Part shown: piece after piece, positions 60,596 to 64,000 of the stretch
How the letters are laid out: each line of letters opens with the position of its first letter
Numbering within the stretch: position 1 is the first letter of the stretch
Assembly (NCBI RefSeq): GCF_000315625.1
Contig: NW_005434630.1
Coordinates: forward strand, 372,001-436,000
DNA: 64,000 nt
Reading direction: 5' to 3'
From: Guillardia theta CCMP2712
Taxonomy: Eukaryota > Protista > Cryptophyta
Position numbers and translations under genes: made by a program
Notes under the pieces: model-generated
Told to the model about the DNA's origin: nothing
Databases searched by the model: none
Seen by the model: the letters and a program-made list of their open reading frames with translations, nothing else

Positions 60596-63500
60596 CTATG
60601 TTTCCTTGGGCGGATGATACTCCCAGGACGTCATTGCTCCTGCTCCATGCGCTCCCAGACTTACCTTGGGGTGCTGCTCGAGAGGTACGAACTCCTGCAT
60701 GGAGTTGGAGGCGAGCTGGGGTGCCTCCAGCTGCCGGAAGTCAGCTGTGGCCCGAACCCCAACAGAGGCGCTGATGGTGCCATACTGGTCGTCGAGCCAC
60801 TCGAGGGAACGTTGGAAGATGTTGTGGGAAGTTACCGACTTGAGGGACTTGACACTCATGTCCTTCTGGAAGATATTCGCCTGCATGTCCTCCCAGCTCG
60901 CCTCCTTCCCAATGCCCTCTGCTCGCCTCCTGCTCGGCACGTCCCTCCTGCCCCTCCCCCGTCTTCCCATGAGGCTTCTGCTCGAGCCCTGGCTCCTCTC
61001 CGGCGAGAGTCTCCCGTGCGGCTGGTCTGTCTTTAGCTGATCTCCGATTCCAGCTGGGCTGGAGCTGGAGGAGTTCACCTGCTCGTCGGGGAAGGCCATG
61101 GGCTTCCCGCCACCACCGTCCTCCTTCCTCGCCTGCAGCGGCGCGGCCGCCTGTGCCTTGGAGCCATGGACGAGCTCTGCCGTCTTAGGGGTCGAGCTGT
61201 AGGACGACGTCGGGGGGTTGCTGGTCCAATCAGCCGTCTGTGTGTCATGTGTCATGTAGCTGGAGCTGGTTCCCGACTCCTCCTCCATATGTGCTTTCTC
61301 CAGCAGGGGTGAGAGAGCTCTGCCCGATGCCTTGGGGACGTCTAGTCCCCGTTCCCCCGTCCTCATCTCCTCCCCCTTGCCCTCCCTGCCCTGCTGCTGC
61401 TGCTCCTTGCTCGCCTTGCGCACCATCACGCAAGAAGGGCTCCCCTTGGCATGCAGCTTGACGACGTCGACGACGATGGAACTGAGGTTCGCAAGTTCCA
61501 TTCTGCAGAAGGCGCATCGGACAACGTCGAAGTTGTCCGGGTCGGGGATGTGGTAGAAGCCCTGCCGAGCGAGAGCAAGGGGGTCCGCCGCCCGCCCCTT
61601 CCCCTGCCAGGCGTAGAAGGTCGCCAGCCGCCCCTCTACGGTCTTGAGGGGGTGCTCCTTGGACAGCATGCCTGAGATGGAAGAGACGTTCTTGTCCTGG
61701 TCTGCACGGTTGTGTGCTTGCCGATCTTGTGCTCCTCCTGGTCCCTGCTGCTGCCGAGGCTCCTCGTTCACACTGTCCTCCGACTCAGGGTCTGACACAG
61801 TTGAAGCGGTTCCCTCCGATCCTTGACCGCCCTCGTCCTGTACTAGATCCTTCCCGAACTTGAGCTTGACGGCAATGACATCTCCCAGCAAAGTGCTCTG
61901 CGAGAAGCGTCAGGTCTCTCAGCTCGGGCACAAGGTCAGCCGTTCTCACCCTTCTCAAAGCGCTGTCCTCGTTGGCGATCTGCCTGGCGATCTCGGCGAC
62001 GACGGTCTTAGGATGCATCGCTGCCTTTTCCTGCTCGTTGGAATCGCCCAGCTGCTCCTCAGACGTGAGGATGGAGATGGTGACGATGGTGTTGCTGGAG
62101 GAGGAAGGAGAGGAGTCGAAGGAAGTGACTTCAATCAGCTCGTTCGAGACCTGCAGTACCTCCGCTAGCTCCAGCTTGATCAGGCGCATCTGGTGCGCCC
62201 TGCCCACCAGGGACTTTGACACGAACTGCTGGAACGGCTGCTTGACTGTGAGGGCCAGCTCCGTGGTGTCGCGCGTGAAGCTCTTGATCTCTCTAGGGAG
62301 CTTGCTCTTCCTCTTGAGGTCCGTGGACATGGCGCTGGCCTGTCTTGCCACTGTGTAGCCGATCCTCCTGCCTTCAAACTCTACCTCATCCCCGTCATTC
62401 AGGGCCAGGATCTTGTCCTTGTACAGATCCGTCACGTCCCAGGTCAGGGCGTGACGAACCTTGACGATCTCTGGGCTCAAATTTTTGAGGAGGAGTCGCT
62501 TCAGGTAGGCGTGCACGACGACGGAGGAGGTGGAGGGAGATTCTGGGTCCAGCGCGATGTAGTTCTCTCCCAACTTGAGCTCGATGCTCTGAGGAGTAGC
62601 TTCCTCAACGGTCGCTTCCGTCTTGTGCAGCTTCGGGAGGAGGACGAAGGGCGATCGCATCAGCTCCTTGACCGCCTTGTCCGCCGACCTCGAGGGCCCC
62701 TTCCTCTTGTCCTCCATCGCCATGGCCCCTAAGCTCTGGTTCTTCTTCCTCATGGATTCGAACATATCCTCCACCTTTGCCCCCTCTTCCTCGTCCCTGC
62801 GCTTGAGGTAGTCCGACAGCGACTTCTGCTGCTTCTGCTTCTCGTCCGGCCCCTCCACCATCATCTCAGTGCTCCACTCCGTCCACCTCTTCTCCTTGAG
62901 GTCCGACATGACCCGCAGCTGCAGGCGGTGAGAGCCTTTTCCCAGCTTGATCTTCGCCTGGAAGATCTTTTTCTGCCTCTTGTTGACCTGCAGCTGGACC
63001 TGTTGCTGGGATATCCCGTCGATCATGAACTGGTAGTGCGTGATGGACTGGATGTACTCGCCGGCGTCGAACCCTGGGGAGGCAGGGACGGTCCACCGCA
63101 GTACCATCTCGTCATCGTGCATGGACATGATCTCGAGCGCCTTGGGGGCGAGCAGAGCTTTCTTCCTGTCCTGCCCGTCGTGCTCGCTGAAGTTGGAGAA
63201 CATGGGATCAAAGTCCGTGATGCCCAGGTCCCGCTGCAGCTGCTTCACCGCCTCCCTGCTCGTCTCTGCTATCTTGATCTTCTTCAACTTCTCCTCCTCC
63301 CCCATTGGATCGTGCAGCACAACTCCCTCCACCTTGTCCTCCAGCTCTGCTGCCGTCTTCTCCAGCTTGTCGCGCAAGTATTCCGCGAAGTTCCCCTTGG
63401 CGATGTCCTGCAGCTCCTTGATGTTGAACTTGCTGTTCTCGAGCACGACGGCGGAGCAGAGGGTTGGCTGCTGCTCGAGGATGCGCTGGATGAGAACCTT

Positions 63501-64000
63501 CTTGGCCTTGTCGTTGAGCATGTACACCCCAGAACGCCAGAGGAGGAAGCGGATGGCGTAGGAGGAGAACTGAAGAAAGGTGCTGCCCATGGCCATGCAG
63601 AAGAAGAAGAAGCGAGACTGGGAGGAGAAGAACTGATTGAAGTTGTCGCCTCTCTTGGAGAACTCGTCGTTGGCGTTGCCGAAGATGCGGAAGAGACCAG
63701 CGGCGAGAATGATCGCGAGGTTGGTGAGGATACTGAGCGCGACTAGGATGAAGCCCTCGTACAACCGCAGCTCCCCTAGGAAGGCCTGGAGGTACTGCGT
63801 ACCCCCGACGTATCCTCCGTCTCCTCGGGTGAAGAAGGAGCCGATGAGGTTGCAGAAAGTGCGGAAGACGTGGAGGTTGAAGATGGCGTCCTTCATGGAG
63901 TAGATGGAGGAAGGGGCCTTGTAGCACAAGAGCGTCCAGAACTCGACGGAGGCGGTTAGGATGAGGATGGCAAGAAACTGGAAGCCGAGCACGGGCATGG
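60596..64000 (-). CDS. Large multi-pass membrane protein with FN3 and BIR (IAP-type zinc) domains, 5'-partial
   Basis: Several TM segments at the window end, FN3-like APKALEI...MVLRWTVP...YQF...LRV...WTEWS, and BIR RLATF...LARQGFY...CAFC...H...SPSC at 61421-61648. Intron at ~61898-61948. Confidence 0.8.

Overview
Gene-dense eukaryotic nuclear DNA with many ~45-55 nt spliceosomal introns (GT-AG and some GC-AG) and bipartite plastid-targeting presequences (signal peptide then G/A-F). This points to an alga with a complex red plastid, most like a cryptophyte (Guillardia/Hanusia type; inference). About 22 protein genes were reconstructed by hand: a STE20/OSR1-like kinase with degenerate motifs, a CaaX-ended EF-hand protein, a large Q-rich nuclear protein, PWP1, a PLAC8 protein, plastid DUF4079, a CEHGR zinc-repeat protein, a GH99 endomannosidase, a plastid IGPS-like pseudoenzyme, a SAM methyltransferase, a TBC Rab-GAP, an NCS2/UapA-like purine permease, an LSMT/SETD3-like SET protein, a CFAP157-like coiled coil, MAF1, and a membrane protein with FN3 and BIR domains. 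Non-coding DNA shows two recurrent element classes: short CCGG/GGCC-rich islands sharing TGAGTCA/CTCAGTGAC/GTGACCGTAC words (7 copies), and GGTAGGGGT/ACCCC-rich patches upstream of genes. An AT-rich decayed segment (40-43 kb) starts with four copies of a ~30-bp iteron-like repeat. No rRNA, tRNA or CRISPR array was seen. Exon boundaries are hand-inferred and approximate, and all family assignments come from remembered motifs, not database searches.
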